A stretch of 45,128 bases of DNA from positions 1 to 45,128 of the IMG/VR virus record IMGVR_UViG_3300033407_000033; one strand, given 5' to 3'. The position numbers were made by a program, and so were the translations under genes. The DNA is from a virus. Taxonomy: Duplodnaviria; Caudoviricetes. Below are positions 26,662 through 36,300 of the stretch, piece after piece (positions within the stretch are counted from its first letter, which is position 1; every line of letters starts with the position of its first letter). The notes beneath the pieces were generated by a model. It worked only from the letters and a program-made list of their open reading frames with translations, did no database searches and was not told the DNA's origin.

Positions 26662-27077
26662 GTGAACTCAGTGTTCGCCTGGAATTATTGAAAACCAACC
26701 TGGCGGCAATGTATCCGGACAGGATTGTGACGCGGGACCTGAAAGATTTTTCTCTGCGTAAAAAGCCGGACCTGGAAATAGGAATTTATACCATCATCAG
26801 CAAGGGCTTGAGTGATTTCAATTCGCCGGCACAGCTGGTGCTGCTGGAAGGCACGCACGGCATTTTACTGGTGGGCCAGATTGAATTGCCGGAAAGTGCT
26901 GATCCCAGTGAAGTGGAAGATGCGGAAAATGAAATGTGGGATGAAGTGAAAGCATTTATACAGACGCCGGGGGCGGGATTGTGCCCGCTGGATCCGGTCA
27001 GCATGCTGCAAAGCCAGCAGATTGATCATCCCTTTGGCTGGATCGCCGTGGAATTGAGTTTCAGATATTTTGATTAA
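26658..27077 (+). CDS. Tail terminator/completion protein
   Basis: Position between gp10-like and tail tube; acidic 139 aa. Confidence 0.55.
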   Translation: MSELSVRLELLKTNLAAMYPDRIVTRDLKDFSLRKKPDLEIGIYTIISKGLSDFNSPAQLVLLEGTHGILLVGQIELPESADPSEVEDAENEMWDEVKAFIQTPGAGLCPLDPVSMLQSQQIDHPFGWIAVELSFRYFD

Positions 27078-27089
27078 GAGGATAAAACC

Positions 27090-28037
27090 ATGAACAGACA
27101 TGCACGCATGACGCAAATATTAATTCAGGCACAAACAGCTGCACGCACCGCACCCGCGCCGGCAGCGTTTAAAATGAAATTCAATCCCGGTTTTGAATTT
27201 GGCCGGGAACCCAACCGCCAGGCGGACCAGACCATGAACCTGGACCCGCTGGAAGAACAAACGGACGTGGGCGATGCGGTATTGACCGGTACCATCCCCG
27301 CCATCCTGTGCCTGAATGATATGGGCCAATGGCTGAAGCATTTACTGGGCGATCCTGCCACAACCGGCGTAGGCCCTTACGAACACGAATACACGCTGGA
27401 CCTGAGTGTTGCGTCCCGGTTTCTGATGGAGCTGGGTTATACCGATGTCGATAAATATCCGCGCTGGCTAGATTGCATCGTGAATTCACTGAGTTATAGC
27501 ATCAAGGAGGCCGAGCAGAATATTTCTCTGGGGATCATGGGCGGCACACAAATCAGCCCGATCGGCGGCGCCGTGTTCGATGCGGCCCCCACCATTTATG
27601 CCAAGGACCGCGCCTGTTCCAGGGGTGGTGAGGTCTACGACGTGGATGGCGCCAGTACGCTGGGCCAGATTATTGAAGCCAGCCTGAACTTGAGCAAGGA
27701 CTATCAGGGGCAATTGATTGCGGACGGGCTGGAAGGGTACAGCGATTATCTGGTGGGGCAGCCATCCCTGGGCGGCACATTGCGGTTCATTTACGATGAC
27801 GGCACTAACCTGTTCGATCATGGCCACGCGAATACCGCCAAGCCGCTTACGCTGATTTCCATGAACGCTGCCGGTGATGCATCACTGGAGTGGACTATCC
27901 CTGCTGCGGAATTCAGCGAACCGAAACATCGCATGGAAACCAGCGCCGGCATTATTGCCACGGTGGACTGGAAGGCAATCAAGCATGCGACAGATCCGGT
28001 GACTGTGGTGCTGACAAACGGGATAGTGAGTTATTAA
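27090..28037 (+). CDS. Major tail (tube) protein
   Basis: 315 aa; GQWLKHLLG, PYEHEYT, C-terminal TVVLTNGIVSY; precedes chaperones. Confidence 0.75.
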   Translation: MNRHARMTQILIQAQTAARTAPAPAAFKMKFNPGFEFGREPNRQADQTMNLDPLEEQTDVGDAVLTGTIPAILCLNDMGQWLKHLLGDPATTGVGPYEHEYTLDLSVASRFLMELGYTDVDKYPRWLDCIVNSLSYSIKEAEQNISLGIMGGTQISPIGGAVFDAAPTIYAKDRACSRGGEVYDVDGASTLGQIIEASLNLSKDYQGQLIADGLEGYSDYLVGQPSLGGTLRFIYDDGTNLFDHGHANTAKPLTLISMNAAGDASLEWTIPAAEFSEPKHRMETSAGIIATVDWKAIKHATDPVTVVLTNGIVSY

Positions 28038-28039
28038 TT

Positions 28040-28069
28040 AATCATTTTGCTGACATCAACAAAATGATT
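28040..28069. repeat. 30-bp near-perfect palindrome
   Basis: AATCATTTTGCTGACATCAACAAAATGATT. Confidence 0.7.
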
Positions 28070-28109
28070 TTGTAGTGCGCGAATGCGCGTGAATGAGCGC
28101 GAGGTGAAC

Positions 28110-28307
28110 ATGAAAGACGATAAAGCAACTGAAGAAAAAAAAGAGGTGAAGGTAAAGCCGGTGACTTTCATGGACCGGCATTACCTGAGCCGCAAGATCA
28201 AGGTGGGCAACAGTACTTTGCAGGTGACCGGTGGCAAGGTGACTGCGACAACGGCTGAGCAGATTGATGCCTGCCGTAAAGATAAAGCCCTCACGGAGGT
28301 GAGATAA
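28110..28307 (+). CDS. Hypothetical tail-region protein
   Basis: GAGG RBS, TAATG coupling. Confidence 0.6.
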   Translation: MKDDKATEEKKEVKVKPVTFMDRHYLSRKIKVGNSTLQVTGGKVTATTAEQIDACRKDKALTEVR

Positions 28308-28678
28308 TGCGCCTGGTGCTGGGTGAAATCCTGAAACATGTTTCCTGGCCGGAAGCGAATATGGAATTTATTCTCACGCCGTTGTATGAAGATGATAACG
28401 CGCAGCTGCTGAAAGACTGCACCGAGCGTGTCAGCAAACAAGGCAAGCTGGTGGATGTGATCTATGATCATGACGAATTTTCCGGGCGCGTGGGGTTGAA
28501 ATGTATCAAGGACTGGCCTAAAGGCCCGGTAGATGAACACGGCCAGCCGGTGCCCTGTACGCCGGAAAACATCAAGCGGCTGATGAAGGTGGGCGTGGCG
28601 CGGGATTTCATTCTGGCGCAGGTCCGCAGCCTCGATATCCACCTGCAGGAAGAAATAGCAGAAGCAAAAAACGCCTGA
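28307..28678 (+). CDS. Tail assembly chaperone (gpG-like)
   Basis: Between tube and tape measure; ends in slippery A AAA AAC. Confidence 0.8.
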   Translation: MRLVLGEILKHVSWPEANMEFILTPLYEDDNAQLLKDCTERVSKQGKLVDVIYDHDEFSGRVGLKCIKDWPKGPVDEHGQPVPCTPENIKRLMKVGVARDFILAQVRSLDIHLQEEIAEAKNA

Positions 28679-28980
28679 CCGCCCTTGCCAGATATGTCCG
28701 CAAGGGCGGATACCAGGCGCTGGATGATCTGATATCCATGGGTAAAGTTCCGGCCCAGGAAGACCTCCCCCCTGAGCTCGACTGGGAAACCCCCGTGTGG
28801 ATGTTGACCATGCAGCTGCATTCACAGGTGCGGGTGGTGCCCATGGGCGGCATCATCGGTTATGATTTGAATGTATTTTTGCCTATAATCGCGCACAAGG
28901 GCTGGCATCCGGACATTGCTCTGGAACTGATTACCGCCATCGAGGCGGAATTATTCTCGAAGGAAAAGAATGGGGAATGA
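28666..28980 (+). CDS. Tail assembly chaperone -1 frameshift extension (gpGT-like)
   Basis: Slippery heptamer AAAAAAC 28666-28672; -1 frame open to 28980 (VRVVPMGGIIGYDLN). Confidence 0.8.
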   Translation, partial: KKRLTALARYVRKGGYQALDDLISMGKVPAQEDLPPELDWETPVWMLTMQLHSQVRVVPMGGIIGYDLNVFLPIIAHKGWHPDIALELITAIEAELFSKEKNGE

Positions 28981-28981
28981 T

Positions 28982-29251
28982 ATGAAACAGTTAATTGTAA
29001 TTTTATTGGCGTTGATTTTAATATCAGCTTGCAAATCTCAAAATCTAAGAGAGGTACAGGGACAACCGGCAGAGTATCAGGCCGGTTATCATCATGGGTG
29101 TGATAGCGGCTATGTGGCAGCCGGTCATCCATATTATTCATTTACAAAAGATGTGGCCAGATTTGAGCACAAAGACCAATACCGGCAAGGCTGGACTGAT
29201 GGATTCAATGTGTGCAAGTCGCAATATGAATCGATAACACACCGGCGTTAA
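28982..29251 (+). CDS. Lipoprotein moron (possible superinfection exclusion)
   Basis: Lipobox LISAC; YxxGYxxGC / YxxGWxDGFxxC repeats; AT-rich. Confidence 0.7.
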   Translation: MKQLIVILLALILISACKSQNLREVQGQPAEYQAGYHHGCDSGYVAAGHPYYSFTKDVARFEHKDQYRQGWTDGFNVCKSQYESITHRR

Positions 29252-29291
29252 ATCTCATCATCAAAAACTATTTGGTAATAACAGCGGCAAA

Positions 29292-29339
29292 TAGCCAATC
29301 CGATGAAGGATGACTATAATAAGCTGACATAGGCATAAC
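29292..29339 (+). promoter_or_regulatory. Late promoter and leader 2
   Basis: TAGCCA-17-TATAAT then AAGCTGACATAGGCATAAC. Confidence 0.6.
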
Positions 29340-29344
29340 ACAGC

Positions 29345-29371
29345 GAGATTGCCACGCAAGCTCGCAATGAC
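29345..29371 (+). repeat. REP-like palindrome (GAGATTGC...GCAATGAC type)
   Basis: ATTGC/GCAAT stem ending TGAC, inside leader 2. Confidence 0.6.
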
Positions 29372-29380
29372 AGTAATGTG

Positions 29381-29413
29381 AAAGCCGGACCTCGAAAGAG
29401 GCCCGGCTTTTTT
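29381..29413 (+). terminator. Rho-independent terminator upstream of tape measure
   Basis: AAAGCCGGA-CCTC-GAAA-GAGG-CCCGGC-TTTTTT. Confidence 0.8.
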
Positions 29414-29425
29414 ATGGGTGATCTA

Positions 29426-31861
29426 ATGCGAACATTCAATATGCAGTCTGGTACCGGCAAGCAAATCAAGGTGGTGATCACCTCGGATGGCTGGCACCAG
29501 TATGCCGAGGGCGCGGCGCAAGCAGCGGACGCCACAGACCAGCTCAGTGAAGAATCCCAAAAACTCACAGACGGCACCGGCAAGCTCACTGCTGAAAACA
29601 GCAGGCTGACCAGCAGTTACAGTAAACTCAAATATGTGATCGGTGGGCTGGGTCTGGGGCTGATTTTACGTCAGATCACCAGTATCAGCGACACGTATAC
29701 ATCACTGAACAACCGTTTGAAACTGGTCACAGAAAGTGAGGAAGAGCTGCATATCATTGAGGAAAAATTATATTTTGCCTCGCAGGAAACACGGGTCAGT
29801 TACGAATCAACCGCCAACCTGTATGCGCGTGTGGCACGCAATGCCAAAGAATTAAAACTCAACCAGGCAGAGCTTTTATCCATAACAGAACTCACCAATA
29901 AATCCATCCAGATCGGCGGCGCTACATCGCAGGAAGCAGCTGCCGGGGTGATTCAGTTTTCCCAGGCCATGGCATCCGGTGTGCTGCGCGGTGATGAATT
30001 GAGATCGGTATTAGAAAACATGCCTAGGCTGGCTGAGGCACTGAGCAAAGGACTGGGTGTAACCATTGGTGAGTTACGCAAAATGGGTGAACAGGGAGAG
30101 CTCACCGCTGAAAAAGTGGTGCAAGCACTGTTGTCACAAAAACACGTAATAGATAGTGAATTTAAAGAACTGGCGCCGACGATTGGCGGCGTGATGGAAA
30201 CCATCTCCAATTCCATCCGTAAAGCCATATCCGATGCTGATATGTCACAACTCACCGATGAGTTGACTGAATTCCGGGAAGAACTGGAAAAACCAGCGAC
30301 ATCGGAAGCGATTACTGCATTTTCAGCGGCAATGATTACGGGACTTACACAAATAGTGCAACTGTTTAGCGGCGCTGTGAACCTGGCAGAGCGATATGGT
30401 GAAGCCTGGGGCAAGTTGGTTGCCGGTTCCGGTGGAAAATTTTTCAATTTATCACAGCAAGAATTGCTGGCCCTGGAAGATAGACTCGTTACACAAAGCA
30501 ACCAGAATGTGCTGGAAGGCGGCAGAAAAATGTCGCTACGTGCGCAGGAACAACTGCAACGTGATCTGGAACAGGTGCGCACGCTCTTGAGCCTTTATGT
30601 CGATGCCACCCAGCAGCTCAAGGCGGCAACCGATGATGGTGTTGGTGGATCATCTGGCAGAGATTTTTCAGAAGCTGAGAAAAAAGGCCATGAAATAATA
30701 TTCAATCTGCTTAAAGAAAAGGAACTGCATGGCGAAGTGGGTAATGCTGCCAAGGCACGTTTTGAAATTGAGTTTGGAAAATTACGTGATTTGCTGCCAC
30801 ATCATAAAGAGCTTGTATTACAACTGGCTGAAGAACTGGATGTTATGGATGCGCAGGTTGACAAAGAAAAAGACCTGGCCAAGGAAAATCAAAAACGCCT
30901 GCGCGAACAGGCCAAGCTCGTTGAAGAAAATAAAAAAGCGCACGAACAACTGATTGAAATGATCGACAAGGAACAGGAAGCCAGCGTGAAGAACATGACG
31001 GAGAAGCTGGCGGCGCTGAAAAAATCATTAATGAGTGAAACCGAACTGGTACGGCAACGCTATGAGGCTGAAGTTGCATTTCTGGAAGATGCCCGGGCGC
31101 GTATGTATGTCACCGAAGAAGAATATCAGCAACTGCGCCTCGACCTGGAGCTGAAGGCCGATCTGGAAATCGGGCAGATACATGAGCGTGCGCTTAAACA
31201 AGCGGGCATCAGCACCAGGGACAACTTCAAGGAAATTGCGGACGCCATACGCGGTTATGGTGATGACACCACGAATGCCATTGTGGATATGTTTATGGGG
31301 CTGGAAGTGAACATGCACAATATCGTGAATTCCATAATCCGCGATTTAATGCGTATCCAGATTCAGAACAACCTGGTGAACCCATTGCTTGATCTGGGCA
31401 CATCATTTCTTGGTAGTTTATTTGGTGGAGGTTCAAGCGTCGCCGGGGAACTGGGCGCAATTGACCCGGGATTATTCAGCGAAATATTACATCGTGGCGG
31501 CATCGCCGGGCGTGGGACCGGTGGCCGTAAAATGCCGGCCAGTCTGTTTGAAAATGCGCCACGGTTTCATGACGGACGTATGCCCGGTTTGGCGCCTTAT
31601 GAGATACCCGCCATTCTGCGCCGTGATGAAGGCGTGTTCACGCCGGAGCAGATGCGTGCCTTGGGTGGCCCTGCCAAAGTGAATGTGACCGTGATCAACA
31701 ATACCGGCAGCGATGTGCAGGTGAATGATCGCGGTATGGTGAACGGTGAACAGCAAATTGAAATTATCGTGGACCAGGCATTAAAGAAAATGCAGCGCAG
31801 CGGCAAGCTGGATAGCACCATGAAGCAATATGGTACAACCCGGCAACCGGTGCAGAGGTAG
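29426..31861 (+). CDS. Tape measure protein
   Basis: QFSQAMASGVLRGDELRSVLENMPRLA motif; coiled coil; C-terminal HRGG/EIPAILRRDEGVFT. Confidence 0.92.
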   Translation: MRTFNMQSGTGKQIKVVITSDGWHQYAEGAAQAADATDQLSEESQKLTDGTGKLTAENSRLTSSYSKLKYVIGGLGLGLILRQITSISDTYTSLNNRLKLVTESEEELHIIEEKLYFASQETRVSYESTANLYARVARNAKELKLNQAELLSITELTNKSIQIGGATSQEAAAGVIQFSQAMASGVLRGDELRSVLENMPRLAEALSKGLGVTIGELRKMGEQGELTAEKVVQALLSQKHVIDSEFKELAPTIGGVMETISNSIRKAISDADMSQLTDELTEFREELEKPATSEAITAFSAAMITGLTQIVQLFSGAVNLAERYGEAWGKLVAGSGGKFFNLSQQELLALEDRLVTQSNQNVLEGGRKMSLRAQEQLQRDLEQVRTLLSLYVDATQQLKAATDDGVGGSSGRDFSEAEKKGHEIIFNLLKEKELHGEVGNAAKARFEIEFGKLRDLLPHHKELVLQLAEELDVMDAQVDKEKDLAKENQKRLREQAKLVEENKKAHEQLIEMIDKEQEASVKNMTEKLAALKKSLMSETELVRQRYEAEVAFLEDARARMYVTEEEYQQLRLDLELKADLEIGQIHERALKQAGISTRDNFKEIADAIRGYGDDTTNAIVDMFMGLEVNMHNIVNSIIRDLMRIQIQNNLVNPLLDLGTSFLGSLFGGGSSVAGELGAIDPGLFSEILHRGGIAGRGTGGRKMPASLFENAPRFHDGRMPGLAPYEIPAILRRDEGVFTPEQMRALGGPAKVNVTVINNTGSDVQVNDRGMVNGEQQIEIIVDQALKKMQRSGKLDSTMKQYGTTRQPVQR

Positions 31862-31863
31862 GT

Positions 31864-32238
31864 ATGGCCGACGCTGACTGGCCGGAAACATTACCGCAGT
31901 TTGTTTTGCAACAAGGCCTGTCTGAAACCTTGCCTGACACGACGGTGGCTTCTGAAATGGATGCCGGTCCGGCGAAAATAAGAAGGCGCCACAGTGCCGG
32001 GGTGGAGAATATTTCCTGTGTTGTCGCGCTGAAAAAAGATGGTGTGACAGACCAGGTGCAGATCCTGAAGGATTTTTACAACAACACACTGGCGGGCGGA
32101 TCCTTGCCTTTTGACTGGATCCATCCGAGCTCGCAGGCGGCTGTCACGTTCCGGTTTAAACCCAAGAAGCCCCCACAGATACGATTAATACGCGGCACTA
32201 TCTGGCATGCGCAACTGGAGCTGGAGATCCTGCCATGA
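31864..32238 (+). CDS. Distal tail / minor tail protein (lambda gpM-like)
   Basis: SEMDAGPAKIRRR, TLAGGSLPFDW; after tape measure. Confidence 0.7.
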   Translation: MADADWPETLPQFVLQQGLSETLPDTTVASEMDAGPAKIRRRHSAGVENISCVVALKKDGVTDQVQILKDFYNNTLAGGSLPFDWIHPSSQAAVTFRFKPKKPPQIRLIRGTIWHAQLELEILP

Positions 32239-32705
32239 GAAATGTGAGTGATGCCTTCCAGGGCGCGGTGTTCCGCTCCCAAACGGATGAAGTGTTTATT
32301 GTGTTGCTCACCATTGATCATGAAAACCTGGCAGAGCCGATCCGTGTCACCAGTGATGCGGTAAATACCATCAGCAACGGTGACACTTTTATCCCATATC
32401 CATTCGCCGTGCAGTTACCGAGTGAACAAAATGACAGTGTGCCGATTGCCAAACTTTCGATTGACAATGTGCACCGGCTGATCGGGCAGACCATCCGCGA
32501 GATTGATACGCCGCCGGAAGTGACCGTGCAGATTGTGCTGCATTCCGATCCGGACCTGGTGGAGGCGGAATGGACCGGACTGATCATTGAGAAAGTAAGT
32601 TACAACGCGCTGACTGTGGAAGCGGACATCGTCGGCCCGGACATACTCAACGAACCGTTTCCAGGTGACAAATTTACGCCGGACAAATTTCCGGGATTGT
32701 TCTGA
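32235..32705 (+). CDS. DUF1833 / gpL-like minor tail protein
   Basis: LLTIDHENLAEPIRV, LSIDNV, LNEPFP..FTPDKFPGLF. Confidence 0.75.
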   Translation: MRNVSDAFQGAVFRSQTDEVFIVLLTIDHENLAEPIRVTSDAVNTISNGDTFIPYPFAVQLPSEQNDSVPIAKLSIDNVHRLIGQTIREIDTPPEVTVQIVLHSDPDLVEAEWTGLIIEKVSYNALTVEADIVGPDILNEPFPGDKFTPDKFPGLF

Positions 32706-32712
32706 TGATTAT

Positions 32713-32760
32713 GTTCAGGACGAACGGTATGCCGCGACTGCATGGATGCAGAGGAGCGGC
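32713..32760 (+). repeat. GGA-hairpin repeat element, copy 3
   Basis: GTTCAGGACGAAC-GGTATGCCGCG-ACTGCATGGATGCAG-AGGAGCGGC, inverted relative to copies 1 and 2. Confidence 0.75.
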
Positions 32761-32767
32761 TGTTCAT

Positions 32768-32801
32768 TTACTGGATACTGGCCTGCGCCAGTATGACGAT
32801 T
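32768..32801 (+). repeat. REP-like palindrome, copy 2
   Basis: 33/34 identical to 7461-7494. Confidence 0.8.
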
Positions 32802-32813
32802 GAGGTAGAGACT

Positions 32814-33242
32814 GTGCTGCCAACCTGGGTCAATCAATACATCGGTATTCCGTTTGCGGACAAGGGCAGCACGTATGAAAAATGCAGTTGTTATGGATTA
32901 TTGCGACTGGTGTTCCGCGAGCAATGCGGCATTGAGCTGCCGGATTATGAGGATGCCTATGACAGCATCAGGAACAGTCAGGCGATTGCCGCGGCATATG
33001 ATCAACACATCGATGATCGTTGGCGCCGCGTAGCGCAACCTGAGGTGCTGGATGCTGTTCATCTGCGTATGAAAGGGTTGCCGCTACACGTGGGTGTCGT
33101 TGTCGCGCCGCATACGATGCTGCATATTTATGAAGGCGTAAATTCGTGTGTGGAAAAATTCAACAGCGCAGCCTGGCAAAAACGGGTGCTGGGGTTTTAC
33201 CGGTATGGGAATGGTGATTCGTGCACTGGAAATCGTTCCTGA
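32814..33242 (+). CDS. NlpC/P60 tail assembly protein (gpK-like)
   Basis: YIGIPF..KG...SCYGL, LHVGV, MLH; GAGG RBS before GTG. Confidence 0.85.
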   Translation: MLPTWVNQYIGIPFADKGSTYEKCSCYGLLRLVFREQCGIELPDYEDAYDSIRNSQAIAAAYDQHIDDRWRRVAQPEVLDAVHLRMKGLPLHVGVVVAPHTMLHIYEGVNSCVEKFNSAAWQKRVLGFYRYGNGDSCTGNRS

Positions 33243-33304
33243 CATTTCCAGCATACACTACATTCATGTAGATAATTGGTGAATAGTGAATGGTGAATAA
33301 ATAA

Positions 33305-36300
33305 ATGGAAAATTTACCTGTCATTTCGAGCGCAGCGAGAAATCTTGATGCCGTCCATGGGCGGCTGGATCCCGGACAATCCGTGTCCGAGACAGTGCGG
33401 GTGACAATATGCCCTCGGCCGTTTTCGGATGTGCGGGTGGACCGTTATTTCGCGCATGGCGTGACGATTCAGGACATCATGGATGATTTCCGCCTGCCGG
33501 CAGGATGTACGGCAGGGGTGTGCATCAACGGGGTGCCGGTGCCGAAACGTTACTGGGACCGCTGCCGGGCCAACGCCGGCACGCATGTGACCATAAATGT
33601 AGTGCCGATGGGCGGGGATGGAAAGAATCCGTTTGCAATTATTCTCATGCTGGCTTTCGCGGCATTAAGTTTTTATTTGCCAGTATTGTTGCCCAGTTTA
33701 CAAGGTATTGCTCTCGGGCTTGCCCGCGCCGCCATTGGCCTGGTCGGCAACCTGATTACGAATGCGATAGCGCCGCCGCCGCAGCAAAAGTTATCGCAAC
33801 CTGCGGGGATACCCAGTCCGACGTACAGCATCACCGGGATCCGCAATCAGTTCAATCACTGGGGCGTGATTCCCCGCGTGTACGGCACGCACAAGGCATA
33901 CCCGCCGTTCGGAGCGCCTTCTTACACCGAATTAGTGGGGGAAGATCAATTTCTGCGTTCGTTATTCATCATCGGTTACGGTCCTCTGGAGATCACCGAC
34001 ATCAAAATTGGACAGACACCGATCGATTCGTTTAATGACGTGGAATACGTGGTGCGTCCCGGCACGGATGAAGATCCGCCGTTATCACTGATGACGAATA
34101 CCATCATTGAAGACGCGCTGAACATTGACATCAGCGCGGAAGGCCCGGAACAAGGTTCCGGCTCCGGCAGCTATGGGCCGGGTGAATGGGTAGAGCGGAC
34201 CACTGCCACGAACACAAAAGAAATAATGATCGACCTGGCATGGCCCAACGGATTATTTTCCGTGCATACTGAAAAAAAGAAACCGCGCCGGGTGGAAGTA
34301 GAGTGGCAGTACCGGGCCGCCGGTTCAGAAGATGCGTGGATTAACGCGCCGGGGGTGACGGTTGAACGCAACACGGTTAAAACCATCCGCCGCGGTGCGC
34401 GTGTGGTGGTGAGCTCCGGACAATATGACGTGCGCATCCGGGTGAAACTCAGCAGCACACCCGGAAAAGATAGCACCAAGGGCGTGATGGACCGCACCTT
34501 TCTCACCGCATTCAAGTCGGTGCGCGATTTTGATCCATTGAACGTGGGGTTTCCGGTGGCCACTATCGAGATGCGCATTCGCGCCAACGAGCAACTGAAT
34601 AATATTGTGGACGAACTGAACTGTGTGGTGACCTCCGTCTTGCCGGATTGGGACGCCATCGGTGAAGTATGGACGGATCTGGCCACGAGCAATCCAGCCA
34701 GCGTGTTCCGCAGTGTATTGCAGGGCCTCGCCAACAAGCGGCCACAGCCGGACGCACGGATTGATCTGGATGCGTTACAGGACTGGCACGAATATTGTGA
34801 CACAGAGGGGTTTACATTCAACGGCGTGCTGGACACGCAGGGCACGGTGTTCGAGGTATTGCGCAACGTGGCCAGCACTGGACGCGCCGGCCTGGCCATG
34901 CGCGATAATAAATTTTCAGTGGTGATTGACCGCCCGCAAAGCACGTATGTACAGCGCATTACGCCGCGCAATTCCTGGGGTTTTTCATCAGACAAAACTT
35001 TCATCACCCGCCCGCATGCCATCAAGGCCAGGTTTGTTAACGCCAATGAAAATTGGCAACAAGATGAACGCATTATTTACGATGACGGTTTTAATGCCGG
35101 TAACGCCACGGATTTTGAGTCCATCGATTTGCCGTATATCACGGATCCGGATTTGATTTGGCGGCACGGACGTTTTCATCTGGCCCAGAACCGGTTGCGT
35201 CCGGAACTCTATTCCATATTTATTGACGTGGAAAATATCGTGATGACGCGCGGCGATCGGGTGGAAGTAGCGCATGATGTGCTCTTGATTGGTCTCGCCC
35301 AGGGCCGGGTGAAATCACTCGCCCGGGACGGCAATAATGATGTGGCGTCCATCACACTGGACCAGGCCTGCCCGATGGAGGCAGAAAAAAGTTACGGCGT
35401 GCGGTTGTGGTTTGTGGACGGCACACGCAACGTGCAATCGGTGGTGACTGAGGCCGGCGATCAATATGAGCTGACATTCACCACGCCCATTGATGAAGCG
35501 CTGGTGCCGGCAGACGATGATTTGCTGGATGCGTTGGTGTTGTTTGGCGAAGCAGACACGGAAGCCGCACCGATGATTGTGCATTCAATCGTTCCCGCGC
35601 AGGACATGACTGCGCAGATTTTTTTACAGGATGCAGGCGATACAATACATGACGCCGACACCGGCGAAATCCCGGCGTTTATAACACACATCACTCAGCC
35701 GCCGCCATTAAACAAGCCGGTGCCCACCCCGGTAGTGCAACAGATTACATCGGACGAATCTGCCTTGTTGCAACTGGTGGGCGGGAACCTGCAAACGCGG
35801 GTGATTATTTATTTAAATCCTCCGGGTGGTTTCAATCTCGATGCGATGAAACTGCAGGTACGTTACCGGCGCAGCGCCAATGCCGGGGGAGACACTGAAG
35901 ATGCCAGCGTGTGGGAATATCTGCCGGATTTGCCCGGTGGTACGGATGTGGTGATCATCGATGATGTGGAGGACGCACATTTGTATGATCTCAATTTGCG
36001 TTATGTGGCCATAGCCGGTGCGTATCCCGGCGCGGCTTCTGACTGGTACGAAGAAAATGATTACCTGGTAATCGGCAAGAGTACGCCTCCAGCAGATGTG
36101 ACTGGCTTCAGCGCTTCGCACAACGGTGCGGTGGCGATCTGCCAGTGGAACGAGAATGATGAGATCGATTTGCAGGGATACATCGTGCGTTATATGGATT
36201 ACGCGCTGGAATTTGATTTTGAAAATGCCATATCGCTCAGCGAAACTTTAAAGGGCACCGAAATCACAACCGGCCTGGTCCCTCCGGGCGAATGGAACGT

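Noticed and set aside
32742-32813. N-terminal extension of NlpC/P60
   Set aside because: It is the translation of two repeat elements; an SD precedes GTG 32814
34171-35073. Long minus-strand ORFs (also 4346-5098, 20439-21137, 29953-30582)
   Set aside because: Antisense shadows of well-supported plus-strand genes
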